DNA of 64,000 nucleotides from Barthelona sp. PCE. Lineage: Eukaryota. Numbering within the stretch: the first letter of the stretch is position 1; every line of letters starts with the position of its first letter. Under the pieces are notes generated by a model. That model was given only the letters and a program-made list of their open reading frames with translations, made no database searches and was not told the origin of the DNA. This document shows, piece by piece, positions 30,337-40,994 of the stretch. Where the stretch lies: contig JAUFOR010000005.1 in NCBI GenBank assembly GCA_040285745.1, forward strand, positions 310,001 to 374,000. Direction: 5' to 3'. A program made the position numbers and the translations under genes.

Positions 30337-33300
30337 TTAGACTGTTGATAATTCCTCCAAATATTCATTAAGAGGATTCAAAATTTCTTCCCCTTTTTCT
30401 CTTCGTTGAGCAACTAACACAACCATACTTGTGGGGATTACTACGCAAAAGGCAATCAGAGTTGATGAAAAAGTATTAAATATATCATAAAAGAAAGAAA
30501 GTAAAACTAAACAAATGAGAATCTTTAACATAAGTGAATTAATAATGTTAAAAGGCTTGGCGAACACTATGTATGTGAGCAGGGCTAAAAGAAATACTTG
30601 ATTAGGAAGTTGACTGTGAGCAATATAAGAAAAGAGAGTGTAAATCGCTCGAGCAACCAAGCAGTAGAAAAAAATCATTCTAAAATCATGTAAACTATAA
30701 CCAACCTCCTTCTTTGTTTGCACGAAACAAAATACATAGAAACATAGATGAATGAATAGAATTACGATTAGATACCAATTATAATGAGTTTCAAATGCAC
30801 TCAATGTGTGCCAATACCCTTCCAGCTTGCCATATTTATCTTCGGTGTACACCGGAAGGGTGCGCAAGAACGCCAACTTGGTGATATAAGGAAGGAATAA
30901 CAAATTAAGAGATAAAAGTGAGCTAATAGAGATCTGGATTTTCCGTTCTGTGGTAAACAACAGAATCAGTGCTGGGAGCGCATAGAGGACCAGTGATGTA
31001 AATACATTTTCATAATCCTTGAACTTATATTCATGAACAGAACCTAAAACGAGAGAAAGAGCAGATAATGCAAACAATATTTTTTTTAGAATCCTACTCT
31101 TCAAGGACAATAAAATGACTGTAACTGTGACAGCGATGCCCGGGATGCCGAAATACCACAAACTAAGAAAAGATAACCAACAAGCATAACAAGAGCAAAA
31201 GAACCAATACGATATTCTGGGGAAGAACAGTAAGAAAATTACACAAACATAAATCACATGTATGTAAGGCAGTTCGTTCCTTACCAAAATAGCAAAATTC
31301 GCAAATGGACTAAAAAGTGCAGAAACAAAAAAAGATCCTGCACTCTTCTCAATAAAGAGAGCTGTACCATTTGTTTCGCTAATGACCAGAGGCCAGAGCA
31401 CCAGAATGAAGTTCTTGATGTTGGACAGAAGCTCAAAAGCTTCAAAATCTGTCATTCTTGAAGAACTGTCCAATAATTTGGACCATGGAATCCTATTAAG
31501 TAGGTAGTACTTTTTAGCAACAACAAACATCATGAGACAATGCACTGCGAACACCAAAGTCGAGATGCGCACAAAACGGTATTTGACCAACCCGCACTGA
31601 TGCGATAACTGGTTGAAACCAATAATTTGCTCATTATCGTATTTTGCAACAGAATAACACTCAGTACACGCCTTACCGTGATGGCCTATGGCGCACCCGT
31701 TGTTATCCAATGTCTTGTTGTTCGATAAAAATAGCTGGGTCTCTCGATAGTCAAGAGTCTCATAGGATTTACCGCTCATACCTGGGTATACCTGCCCACC
31801 GACGCAAAATGCATTCATGCAGTCGATGAGTGTCGTCGTTCCGTTGTACTCGTACACATAATTGCCCGCTGGTATCTTATACATGGAACTGGTTATCGCG
31901 TCTCTTTCTAAATACGTCAGATCTCTGTGGTTATCATCTAACTCACACAGCGGATAACCTGCATCGCCTATAACCTGCCTATATCCTGCTGTACATGACT
32001 GACACCTTTTTTTATCAAAATCCCAGCCAAATCCTTTTGTGCAAGAAAACGAGCCCGGACTTTCGTTCATAATCAATAGATGGCTTTCTCTCAGCTCATA
32101 TATGTATATACGTATGCCTTTTATATCATCTGCTTCAAATGGAAGTTTGGTAATATCAGAAAATTTTTCAATCGAAAAAGAAAAAAATGGTTGGGTATTA
32201 ATCAATAAGAAATTTCTAAATCCATGATGAAAAACATTAGCACCAAGCAATAGGGCTAAATCTTGAGTATCAATGGAGTTGATCCCTATTGGGAATAGAA
32301 AGAAATCTTTTGTTCTATCTTGGGATTGCATCCACACAACTCTACTCATATCTTTTGTATACACCATATTCATACTAAGTTCGATATAATGTCCATATAT
32401 TAAGAAGCTCTTATATAACTCAACTGCTTCGTTCACAAATGCATCATTTGTATCAAATACTAGATTATTTGCTTTAAAGTACAACATCGATCCTTGAGAA
32501 AGATGAATAACAAAAAAGGAATTTGAAGGAATGTAAAATTCTGATTCAGTGACATTTAAATAACTGGATTCATGATTATTTATCACAAAAACTGTACTAA
32601 AATCATCCAACTCCAAATAACTTTTAGTCATAAAGAAATTTCTAACACTGAATGTCTGAACAAAGAACGGAAGCGTTGAAGAGATTACCTGTACATCATT
32701 GAATGTAACTGAATTATTGCTATTATGCAAATTACCAATAAACTGAAAACCACCTCCAGCAATCAATCTTTCAAAGTAAATAGTGTTAAATGAAAAGTAT
32801 GATGATATCAAATCGGGTATAACAAAAGCAACCTCTGTAATTTGTGAATTGCTGATTCGAAGACCGTTGATTGTAAAATTTCGAACTCCCATATTCAAAT
32901 TTGATGATAAATAGATGCTCCATATCGAACTGGAATGTATAGTTATGTTTGAAAGTAATACTGCAGAATCGTTTTCTAGAAGGCCAACATTGAACAATGC
33001 ATAATTAAGTGATTTCAGATTAATTATGTACAGATTTTCATAATGTACTGATTGTTTGAATAATAGCAAAGCAGTACTAGAAAAATCTTCTAATGTTTCC
33101 GCTGAAACATCTATAAAACTAACACTGTTCATATATCTTACATTAATAGATCTATCAACCGTAATATTTCGCAATATTGTATTATTCATATTTTCATAAA
33201 CAGTAAATGGTAAATTTCCATCAGCAAAAGTAACATTATTCAAGTAAAGTAAAGTAGGTTCAGCCATAGCTAAAAAATGGTAACTAGGCTTATCGATTCT

Positions 33301-34383
33301 CTCCATATAACCATTTGTCAAATGGAGACTATCAAACCCAGGGAAAAGGACATCACAATCAATATTAAACGCATACCCATATATAATAACGTTATCAACA
33401 TATGCAGAAATAACCTTTGCTCTTTCCCAAACCCAAAAAATAAATGTATCATAGTAAGTTGTATTAGACATATGAAATTCATCAATAAGAACATCAGACA
33501 TCATCAGACTATGTAAATTACTGCTCATACTGTCTAATACAAACATTCTAAATTGCAGTGAGTGTAAAATAACACTGTTGAAATCACCATTAAACAAATA
33601 GAGTTCTTGATCAAGTCTGTGGTATTCTCCAGTATACTTAAACTCGTTACAGTTTGTGTTCTGGATCTTTGTCGCAGCACCAGTGCCATCCATTGAAATG
33701 CTAAGCTTATTGAACTGACTCTTCAAGATACTCAATTCAATCTTTGAAGAACGTTTACCAATTTCATAAGCTGAAACGTCCATAGAAATGTCATCACCAG
33801 TTACATTTCTTAACATTATACTGCTCATTGCATTAAAAAATATTGAGCTATGAATGTTTTCAACAAAGATATCATTAAAAAGAATTATAGAACCTGTAAC
33901 AGATAATCCTTTCCGAATACTTACATCTGTGAAAGTAATTAATTCGCCTTCAATATTCAAAGAATCCACAGCACATGAATTAATATGAATTGTGTTTTGG
34001 ATCGCATGAAAACTAATGCCCATTTCGATAGTTGATTTCACAATGAATACGTTATTAAATATATTGAAATACATTTCACGCACTTCTGGGAACATGGTTA
34101 TCTTGATACTCGAACTGGAAATATTAAAAGAGCTCAAATTAACTTCATTCTGATTTAAAGCTGTTGGAAAGGTAAATTGGAAGTTTGCTGAACAGTTTTT
34201 AAAGACAAAACCCGTCCCATCGCCCAAACCATGTGGAATATTTAGGATTACAATATCGCTTTCAAAGATATTCTCAAAAACATTTGTTTCATCATTTAAA
34301 ACATCTATGACTACTTTCCCATGTGCGCTAACCAAGACACATACTGTGATGAGTAAAATATAAACCCCTTTGAGCATTAGCAA
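30337..34383 (-). CDS. Large surface/membrane protein: signal peptide, beta-helix-like N-rich region, Cys-rich segment, multipass TM C-terminus
   Basis: 1348-aa ORF; CTKGFG..CQSCTAG and GCAIGHHGKACTEC motifs; many hydrophobic helices at the C-terminus. Confidence 0.75.
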   Translation of the reverse strand: MLMLKGVYILLITVCVLVSAHGKVVIDVLNDETNVFENIFESDIVILNIPHGLGDGTGFVFKNCSANFQFTFPTALNQNEVNLSSFNISSSSIKITMFPEVREMYFNIFNNVFIVKSTIEMGISFHAIQNTIHINSCAVDSLNIEGELITFTDVSIRKGLSVTGSIILFNDIFVENIHSSIFFNAMSSIMLRNVTGDDISMDVSAYEIGKRSSKIELSILKSQFNKLSISMDGTGAATKIQNTNCNEFKYTGEYHRLDQELYLFNGDFNSVILHSLQFRMFVLDSMSSNLHSLMMSDVLIDEFHMSNTTYYDTFIFWVWERAKVISAYVDNVIIYGYAFNIDCDVLFPGFDSLHLTNGYMERIDKPSYHFLAMAEPTLLYLNNVTFADGNLPFTVYENMNNTILRNITVDRSINVRYMNSVSFIDVSAETLEDFSSTALLLFKQSVHYENLYIINLKSLNYALFNVGLLENDSAVLLSNITIHSSSIWSIYLSSNLNMGVRNFTINGLRISNSQITEVAFVIPDLISSYFSFNTIYFERLIAGGGFQFIGNLHNSNNSVTFNDVQVISSTLPFFVQTFSVRNFFMTKSYLELDDFSTVFVINNHESSYLNVTESEFYIPSNSFFVIHLSQGSMLYFKANNLVFDTNDAFVNEAVELYKSFLIYGHYIELSMNMVYTKDMSRVVWMQSQDRTKDFFLFPIGINSIDTQDLALLLGANVFHHGFRNFLLINTQPFFSFSIEKFSDITKLPFEADDIKGIRIYIYELRESHLLIMNESPGSFSCTKGFGWDFDKKRCQSCTAGYRQVIGDAGYPLCELDDNHRDLTYLERDAITSSMYKIPAGNYVYEYNGTTTLIDCMNAFCVGGQVYPGMSGKSYETLDYRETQLFLSNNKTLDNNGCAIGHHGKACTECYSVAKYDNEQIIGFNQLSHQCGLVKYRFVRISTLVFAVHCLMMFVVAKKYYLLNRIPWSKLLDSSSRMTDFEAFELLSNIKNFILVLWPLVISETNGTALFIEKSAGSFFVSALFSPFANFAILVRNELPYIHVIYVCVIFLLFFPRISYWFFCSCYACWLSFLSLWYFGIPGIAVTVTVILLSLKSRILKKILFALSALSLVLGSVHEYKFKDYENVFTSLVLYALPALILLFTTERKIQISISSLLSLNLLFLPYITKLAFLRTLPVYTEDKYGKLEGYWHTLSAFETHYNWYLIVILFIHLCFYVFCFVQTKKEVGYSLHDFRMIFFYCLVARAIYTLFSYIAHSQLPNQVFLLALLTYIVFAKPFNIINSLMLKILICLVLLSFFYDIFNTFSSTLIAFCVVIPTSMVVLVAQRREKGEEILNPLNEYLEELSTV

Positions 34384-34408
34384 GATAGAAATAAATGCGA
34401 CACTTTAT

Positions 34409-36469
34409 TTAGGAAGCTGGGTTACAACATGTCATATCGATGCCTTGTTGAACAGCGTTGTACTGAACATTAGTTTCAAGCACCATTGAACTAATCTCAT
34501 CACCAAACTGCTTCTCGAATTCTCTTCTCTTCTTCTTCATAGAAGTAGTCAACAGACCGCTCTCTATTGTGAACTCTGGCTTAACTGACAAGATGTTAAT
34601 CTTTTCATATCCAGGCAAATTGTTCTCAGCAGCTAATCTATTGAGATCATCCATAATATCATTGTGCAACTTGTTAACCTCCGTAGGGTCCTCGTCGTGA
34701 CTCAACTGCTCGTACTTCTCAGCCCAAACAGGAGTCAATGAACAGATTGCAACTAATTTAACTGCCCCACCAAAGATACAGATGTCTTCAATGTAATCAC
34801 TCTCCTTGTAGACGGTCTCAACGCAGTCAGGCTTGATGTATTCACCCTGGGGGCTCTTGAAAATTGCACTAACACGTGAGACAATACAAAGGTTATTGTT
34901 TTCATCTATGTGACCGATATCTCCTGTACGATACCATCCGTCAACCAATGTCTCAGCTGTTTTCTCAGGCAACTTCCAGTAACCAATAAAGTTGGAAGGA
35001 GAACGTACCCATATCTCACCATAACCGTCCTTACTGAAATACTCACGCTCAGGACAATCGACCAACTTAATCTCGGCACGACCAACGGGCTTACCAACGT
35101 GTCCGTAGTACGTGGAATTGAGCTCACCCACAGTGACACCAGAAGCAGTCTCCGTTGAACCATAACCTTCAGCCAGACAGCATGACCACGTTGCGCGAAG
35201 GAAGTATGCTATATGAGGTGGAAGCGCGGCAGAACCGGAGAACACAAGGCGGAGACGACCACCAAACTTGGGACCAAAGGACTTCTTGAAGACGATCTTG
35301 TCCCAGATGGGCGTTGTTTGCCCCGATCTCATTTTCTGATACTTTCTGTTAAGGGCGCTGGAGACGAGGAAGCGGGAGAACCAGCCCTTCTGTTGGATAC
35401 CACTGTGCATGGCGTCATAAATCTTCTGGAAGAGACGAGGGACACCACACAGGATGGTTGGCTGGGCCATCTTGATGTCTTCAACCAACTTCTTGGTGGA
35501 TCCGCTGTAATAGCAGAGCTTACAGCCGATAACCATAAGTGCCTGCTCAAGAACTCGGTCAAAAATGTGAGCAAGAGGCAAGAAACTAAGGAAGACATCC
35601 TGCCACTCTTGTGTTTCTACTGGAGGAGGAGCGACCCGCTCAAGGAGCTGGTAGGCACCTGAAAGTAAAGCTTTATGGGTCATCATAGCCCCCTTCGGGT
35701 TACCACTTGTACCACTTGTATACACGAGTGAATGAATATCGTTTGTGTTCACCTGTGTAGGTTCGCTCCATAGAAGCCCCTCTGGGATAGCAAAAGGGTC
35801 CTCAGGGTCGAAATCGTCTCGTCCCAGGCACGACATGATGTACTCTCTACCCATCATCATTATCTCTGTAACAGTGTTCAGGACCTTATAGTGTTCCATA
35901 TCGTTCTCGCTGATGAACTTCTTGTCGATGTCATAGAAATCCATGAGAATAACACCTTGGACATCAGGTAACTCAGAGAATAAAGGTTGGATTTTGTCGA
36001 GCATCTTGAACTCAGCAACAATCATCTTCATACCGGCGTCGTTGACGACATGCTTGATATCAGAGGGAATGAGAGTGTCGTAAAGAGGAACTACAATAAT
36101 ACCAGCGTAGGCACAAGCAACATCTAACAACTGCCATTCTGAACGGTTAACTGACATGATACCGATACGGTCTCCCTTCTCGAGACCCATCTGACGAAGA
36201 GCTTCTCCTACCCAGATCACGTATTGAATAAATGTTTTGTATGTGTACTCAGTGTAAACATCAGCTGCAGTACCATCCTCGAGATGGTTACGGCTGCAGA
36301 TGAATGTTTTGTCCTTGAAAAACTGGGCAGATGTGTAAATATTCTTGAATAAACTATCTCTGTAGTCTGGAACAGGTTCTTGAAGCTTACCGTAAATGTA
36401 GTCGCCGTCAGGCTGTTTCCAGGGGTCGAATTCTGCAACAAAAGGTTGAATATCGTCTAATTGTGACAT
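34409..36469 (-). CDS. Long-chain fatty acyl-CoA synthetase
   Basis: YTSGTSGNPKG, SFLPLAHIFD, EGYGSTE, GWYRTGDIG, QGEYI. Confidence 0.95.
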   Translation of the reverse strand: MSQLDDIQPFVAEFDPWKQPDGDYIYGKLQEPVPDYRDSLFKNIYTSAQFFKDKTFICSRNHLEDGTAADVYTEYTYKTFIQYVIWVGEALRQMGLEKGDRIGIMSVNRSEWQLLDVACAYAGIIVVPLYDTLIPSDIKHVVNDAGMKMIVAEFKMLDKIQPLFSELPDVQGVILMDFYDIDKKFISENDMEHYKVLNTVTEIMMMGREYIMSCLGRDDFDPEDPFAIPEGLLWSEPTQVNTNDIHSLVYTSGTSGNPKGAMMTHKALLSGAYQLLERVAPPPVETQEWQDVFLSFLPLAHIFDRVLEQALMVIGCKLCYYSGSTKKLVEDIKMAQPTILCGVPRLFQKIYDAMHSGIQQKGWFSRFLVSSALNRKYQKMRSGQTTPIWDKIVFKKSFGPKFGGRLRLVFSGSAALPPHIAYFLRATWSCCLAEGYGSTETASGVTVGELNSTYYGHVGKPVGRAEIKLVDCPEREYFSKDGYGEIWVRSPSNFIGYWKLPEKTAETLVDGWYRTGDIGHIDENNNLCIVSRVSAIFKSPQGEYIKPDCVETVYKESDYIEDICIFGGAVKLVAICSLTPVWAEKYEQLSHDEDPTEVNKLHNDIMDDLNRLAAENNLPGYEKINILSVKPEFTIESGLLTTSMKKKRREFEKQFGDEISSMVLETNVQYNAVQQGIDMTCCNPAS

Positions 36470-36788
36470 CGAAATTGGTGATAATAACGAAAACACTTTC
36501 AGTAGTATCTATTTGATCCAATAAGAAACGTAAGGGCATATGTGTCCACAAAGACCTCGTGAATACGTGCCACAATGAATAAAATCAAGCTAGCTAAATC
36601 AATAGGAATCTTCCACTACAGCTATGTTATAAAATTGTGATGCACTCTACAAACACCTGTTCTACGGATTCCCCATCCTGCAGTGAGTAGCATCCATATA
36701 ATTTATTTTTAAAAATGAGAGAAAATTTATCCTCACAAATACAAACAATTTTTTCACAACAAACTGTATTCACACAAATATTAAAGCC

Positions 36789-37908
36789 CTAGTGCTCCCC
36801 AAATCCGCTGAAAACGGAAATATCACACTCTGAGAGAAAATCAACAATAGAAAAAGCTTTTCTCTCCGAAACAAAGCATGTATAATTCTCGTTGAAGGTC
36901 AAAATTTCAATATCAACACAAAAGTCATGTAAACAATGTGAACAAGCAACCAAAATACCAGGTTGACCTGATATGTTAAATTTAGTTTCTCGATCATCCC
37001 CTAAGAATAAAAAATTTGTACTCCCATCTCTATCAACTGAAAAAACTGTTTCTCCGAATGCATAAGCACCTGGACCAATTGCAACAGGTGTCTGTTTATG
37101 ATTAATTTCAGTGCACTCAAATTCTTCAATGATTTCAGCATCTTCATCGTATCTAACAATGAAATACTTCTTTGAAAACATAGTTCCTGTTTTAATAACT
37201 ACTTCGAAAGGATTAAATTCGTTTATATATATGCTGTTAATATCATTTTCGAAATACAACGCTACACGAAACAAAACCTTAGACCCATCAAACACCATCA
37301 TAACCAACTCTCCATCCTCAAACAGCCATAACACGTTATCACTGACCTTAAACGAATGAATTGTATCTACCCATCCTACTATACGATCGTCTTCATACCA
37401 TAGTTCCCATTTATCTCCTAAACATCTTGGAACAATCACTTGGGGGCGTAATCGATCTCACGTTTATCGTGTTTTTTGACTGATACACCATCTATAAAAA
37501 GCTCAAAAAAATCATTATTCGTTATTGTGTAATAAATACTCCATTTCTTGGTCTCTTTGTTGTAAAATCGATCTATTTTTGCGAGACTGGCGCTTTTTAG
37601 AGACTTATCAGGTGAAAAAACATAACCATTCATCGTGATGTTGAATATTGGCTCTCGGCATACTGTTTTTTCACTGCAGTAATATCAGTGCAAAGATGCA
37701 AATGGAGAAAAGTAGAGAAGAACATGAAGGATTTTAGTTTCTGCATAATTTTCCCTTCATCCCTCCAAAATACTGTGCTTAAAACATCGTGAAAGTATAA
37801 ATTTGAATAAACTAAAATTTGAGGACCTGCGTTTTTTAACCGTAGCTTCCTGTTTTCGGATCTGTGTGTTAACCCTTGACAGATGAAATAAACACTGTTT
37901 TTAATCAC
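36789..37908 (-). pseudogene. Frameshifted/truncated member of an orphan beta-rich family
   Basis: Three abutting ORF fragments in different frames, AT-rich; C-terminus AFSIVDFLSECDISVF echoes TFHLPSFLAEASIVEY of the 14.8-19.3 kb pair. Confidence 0.5.
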
Positions 37909-37985
37909 TTTTTGAGTCTAACCACAACACTTCATTCTACTAACTCGTGCTGTAATTTTTTTTCTCGCCTCTTTCTCCCTACTGT

Positions 37986-38297
37986 ATGAATAGTCCCATT
38001 CTGCGACGTAAGGAAACATTAAATCCGCCTTCAGAAAAGAGCAATGAGCTGCCAACCAAAGCAGAACTAATAGATAATAAGCACAGGCAAAATAGTCCTA
38101 CAACACGCAGTTTACACAGTCCATCCAGCCCTAGCATGATTCTTGAGCGGATGAAGGATGAAATGGGTAATGAACAACAACAACAATGCAGTTCACCAAT
38201 TGACTACAACTCTAGCTTGCGTAAACGTTTAACAAGAACTAATTCAAAGTCTAAACTGCAGCATGTGACCATAGTTCAAGATAATAAAGATGATTAA
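37986..38297 (+). CDS. Small Ser/Pro-rich disordered protein
   Basis: ATG-initiated 103-aa ORF whose stop overlaps the stop of the convergent gene. Confidence 0.55.
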   Translation: MNSPILRRKETLNPPSEKSNELPTKAELIDNKHRQNSPTTRSLHSPSSPSMILERMKDEMGNEQQQQCSSPIDYNSSLRKRLTRTNSKSKLQHVTIVQDNKDD

Positions 38298-38920
38298 TGT
38301 GGGATAATCATCAAAAATATTATTAACATTACAATAATCATAAAAATCAAAAATGTACACTCTGGAAGTAATTCTGCAGATTCCTCGTTGCTTTTGACAG
38401 GCACGGCTGGCTCCTCGTGCTCAGATATGCATATTTCTTCTTCTATTGAATCAATCTCTTGGTATTGTTCTACTGGTGCGTTATCAACTTCAACAACCTT
38501 CGGGATCACTTCATCCGCCTCTTCCGGTGCCTTTTCCTCTTCTTCCTGTTCGTTTTCTTGTGATTCAATAAAGGGTTCAGGAGTTTCATCAACTGTTGGC
38601 ATAGATTCTTCCTCGATTGGTGATTCACCAATTTCCTTACTTGGTTCCATTATGAACTCCATGAGGCCCTCGATTTCGGCGCTGGGAGGTATCTCCTCAA
38701 CCTCAATCTCTTGTCCACCGAGCGGAACGCCATCCAACACGGCAACACGTAATGCTTCAACTTCTGGCACAACAACGTACCCAGTGTATTCGTCTGTACT
38801 GTTTTCAACCATTAACTTAAGGAAAACATCAACATTCTGCGGAAGAACGAACATTATTTGCTCCTCTCCCAGAGAAGGAGACAAATTTGTAATTTTGAAG
38901 CATTTAAAACCTAAATCCAT
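38294..38920 (-). CDS. Tail-anchored protein with RRM-like N-terminus and acidic linker
   Basis: FKITNLSP...YTGYV...LDGVPLGGQEIEVE is RRM-like; Glu-rich middle; terminal TM helix. Confidence 0.65.
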   Translation of the reverse strand: MDLGFKCFKITNLSPSLGEEQIMFVLPQNVDVFLKLMVENSTDEYTGYVVVPEVEALRVAVLDGVPLGGQEIEVEEIPPSAEIEGLMEFIMEPSKEIGESPIEEESMPTVDETPEPFIESQENEQEEEEKAPEEADEVIPKVVEVDNAPVEQYQEIDSIEEEICISEHEEPAVPVKSNEESAELLPECTFLIFMIIVMLIIFLMIIPH

Positions 38921-39016
38921 CTCAAATAATCGAATAAAGTGCTGATAAAGACTTATTTTGAAAAACACTTGTTTCTTAAAAACTATATCTGTTCACATAT
39001 TTCACTGTTTAAACAT

Positions 39017-39946
39017 ATGCAACCAGTCGTAGAGGGCCAGAAAAAGAACGAAAAAACATCAAAAGCAATCACATTACCGGGTTTGACAATTTTTGGGACT
39101 AGTGGCGTTTCCCATATGGAGAAACTCATCGGGGAGATCATTTACAGTATGCATGACATTCCAAACGCTGAAGTTGAAGTCCGTTTCGGCAGAATGGTTG
39201 ATCGAGATTCGACAGTTAAGACGTTTGCTTCAGATGATCAAAGATACGTACCGCCCATGCCACTGTACAGCATGTGCGCGATCTCAGACTCTGACAAAGC
39301 AGCCAACAGGGACTATAAATTTGCAGCTACCGTAAGTCAACCAGCTTTTAATCTTCTTAACAGAGCTCTATGTGCATCTTTCACGCATAACAGCGAGCGC
39401 ACGCAGCGGAAGCAGCCCACATTCATGTCCGATGTTCGTTTTCAGCATTTCCAAGAAAGAGTTCATATACTTCCTGACGGAACTCGAGTAATGTTGAAGG
39501 GAGATTCCCCCATCGCTGCTTTCCGCAAGGAAAAGCTACGTATCGTCGACTTCTACTGTCCACGACATGAATTTGATTTTAGAATCCAATCAGCAATCGA
39601 GAGACCTGTAGAGTTGCCTGATTATGATGTCAAAAAGAGTAAGATGCGTATCAAGAACAGGCTGAGTATGTTCATAGGGTCGTGCAGGCTTGATATGACA
39701 CTTGTAGAGAATAGAAAATGGTCCAGGAAGAATGATTGCTTTATGTTGCAGAAAGAAACGTTTGAGGTTGAATGTGAGTATGCATTTGATGGCACCGCAT
39801 ACCAGGGTGGCCTCCAGAACAATATGCGTATTAGTGCTTTTCCTGGTGTCCACTTCCTGGATCGTATTAAGAGCTTTTGGCAAAATTGCGAAGCTGTACT
39901 TGATGAACTAAGTAATTTCCATGCACAAAGCTCTGCCGAGACGTAG
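39017..39946 (+). CDS. CET1: mRNA 5'-triphosphatase, Cet1-type (CYTH/TTM family)
   Basis: EVEVRFG motif A, DFRI, R.K.R.S...RLDMT, FEVECE motif C. Confidence 0.85.
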   Translation: MQPVVEGQKKNEKTSKAITLPGLTIFGTSGVSHMEKLIGEIIYSMHDIPNAEVEVRFGRMVDRDSTVKTFASDDQRYVPPMPLYSMCAISDSDKAANRDYKFAATVSQPAFNLLNRALCASFTHNSERTQRKQPTFMSDVRFQHFQERVHILPDGTRVMLKGDSPIAAFRKEKLRIVDFYCPRHEFDFRIQSAIERPVELPDYDVKKSKMRIKNRLSMFIGSCRLDMTLVENRKWSRKNDCFMLQKETFEVECEYAFDGTAYQGGLQNNMRISAFPGVHFLDRIKSFWQNCEAVLDELSNFHAQSSAET

Positions 39947-39947
39947 T

Positions 39948-40580
39948 TTATTGCAAATGAGAATATTGTTCAGGTAAAGATGTGACAATCTCCACCTTTT
40001 CTTTGAAGAACTTTCCCAAAAAAGGTTTGGCAATCTTAACAGCAACCTTCACCATCCTAGGGGGGTTCACCATGTATGCTTTACCGATCAAAAATGGGAA
40101 ATTCTTGAGAACGTCGAATAAATAGTTGGAAAAAGATGTATCCATGTTATCTTTGGTAAAACAATCATAAAATATGACTATATCAATGGGATCAGTCCTT
40201 CCAACAGCTTGACGATGCTCAAAAATCTTTAAAATTATATCAACAACAAGCAACTTATTTTGTAACTTTTCTTTATCACATGATGCTGGGAAGTGTCGGG
40301 AAGTGTGAAACACGATGATATTCTCATCAAAAAGACTCATAACTTTCGAAATATCAATCAGTGAAAATGAAGAACGTCTGGCTCTTAATTTTTGCTCATT
40401 TCCAATATAACCTGCAATCTTTGATAGCTGCTTCTTTGATTTCTTAACAGAATTTTTGTTCTCTGAAAGTATAGATGTTAATACAGAATTTGAGGTAAAA
40501 AAATCGGAGAGCTCAGAAAAATCACATTCAGAAATGAGTCTTTCGAGCTTTGAGGGCTTAGGAGAGGAAGAGTGAGCCAT
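39948..40580 (-). CDS. CRAL-TRIO (Sec14-like) domain protein
   Basis: NFPFLIGKAYMVNPP...KIAKPFL...KEKV...LPEQY signature. Confidence 0.8.
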   Translation of the reverse strand: MAHSSSPKPSKLERLISECDFSELSDFFTSNSVLTSILSENKNSVKKSKKQLSKIAGYIGNEQKLRARRSSFSLIDISKVMSLFDENIIVFHTSRHFPASCDKEKLQNKLLVVDIILKIFEHRQAVGRTDPIDIVIFYDCFTKDNMDTSFSNYLFDVLKNFPFLIGKAYMVNPPRMVKVAVKIAKPFLGKFFKEKVEIVTSLPEQYSHLQ

Positions 40581-40722
40581 GACCCAGTGTTTTAAATATT
40601 CAATAAAAGATGAAAACAACAAATCAAAGAAAAAGTACAACAAACTGACTACTAACCTTATTATCACATGCCCGCGTCGGTTTCCAAACGAAACATCTAA
40701 CTGGTGTGAAGAATATCAAAAA

Positions 40723-40941
40723 TTATTGCTCTAAAAGCTTAGAGATTTTTTCGAACTCTGAAAGAACATGGTCCATCTGCTCAGCGTTTAACTCCACGTC
40801 GTGAGTATTTTCGCACCCATCGTTGGCTTCACTTAAGAATCGTACCTTGTACAAAGGTTCTTTCTCAATAGAAATGTTTTTTTCTGATAGTACAATACTA
40901 GAATTAACATTAACACCTGTAAGAATCTCTGCTGAACTCAT
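40723..40941 (-). CDS. COMM-domain-only protein (COMMD6-like)
   Basis: 72 aa; IVLSE..I....EPLY.VRF and VELNAEQMDHVLSEFEKI match the COMM domain pattern. Confidence 0.6.
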   Translation of the reverse strand: MSSAEILTGVNVNSSIVLSEKNISIEKEPLYKVRFLSEANDGCENTHDVELNAEQMDHVLSEFEKISKLLEQ

Positions 40942-40994
40942 TTTAATTCCTTTATAATAACAAAAACGTGTTTAAAGATTTTTTCCCAATAACA

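Noticed and set aside
37436-37633. ATGA/GTGA 4-nt overlaps suggesting a bacterial operon or HGT island
   Set aside because: No Shine-Dalgarno sites or bacterial gene identity; better explained as frameshifts in one decayed gene.
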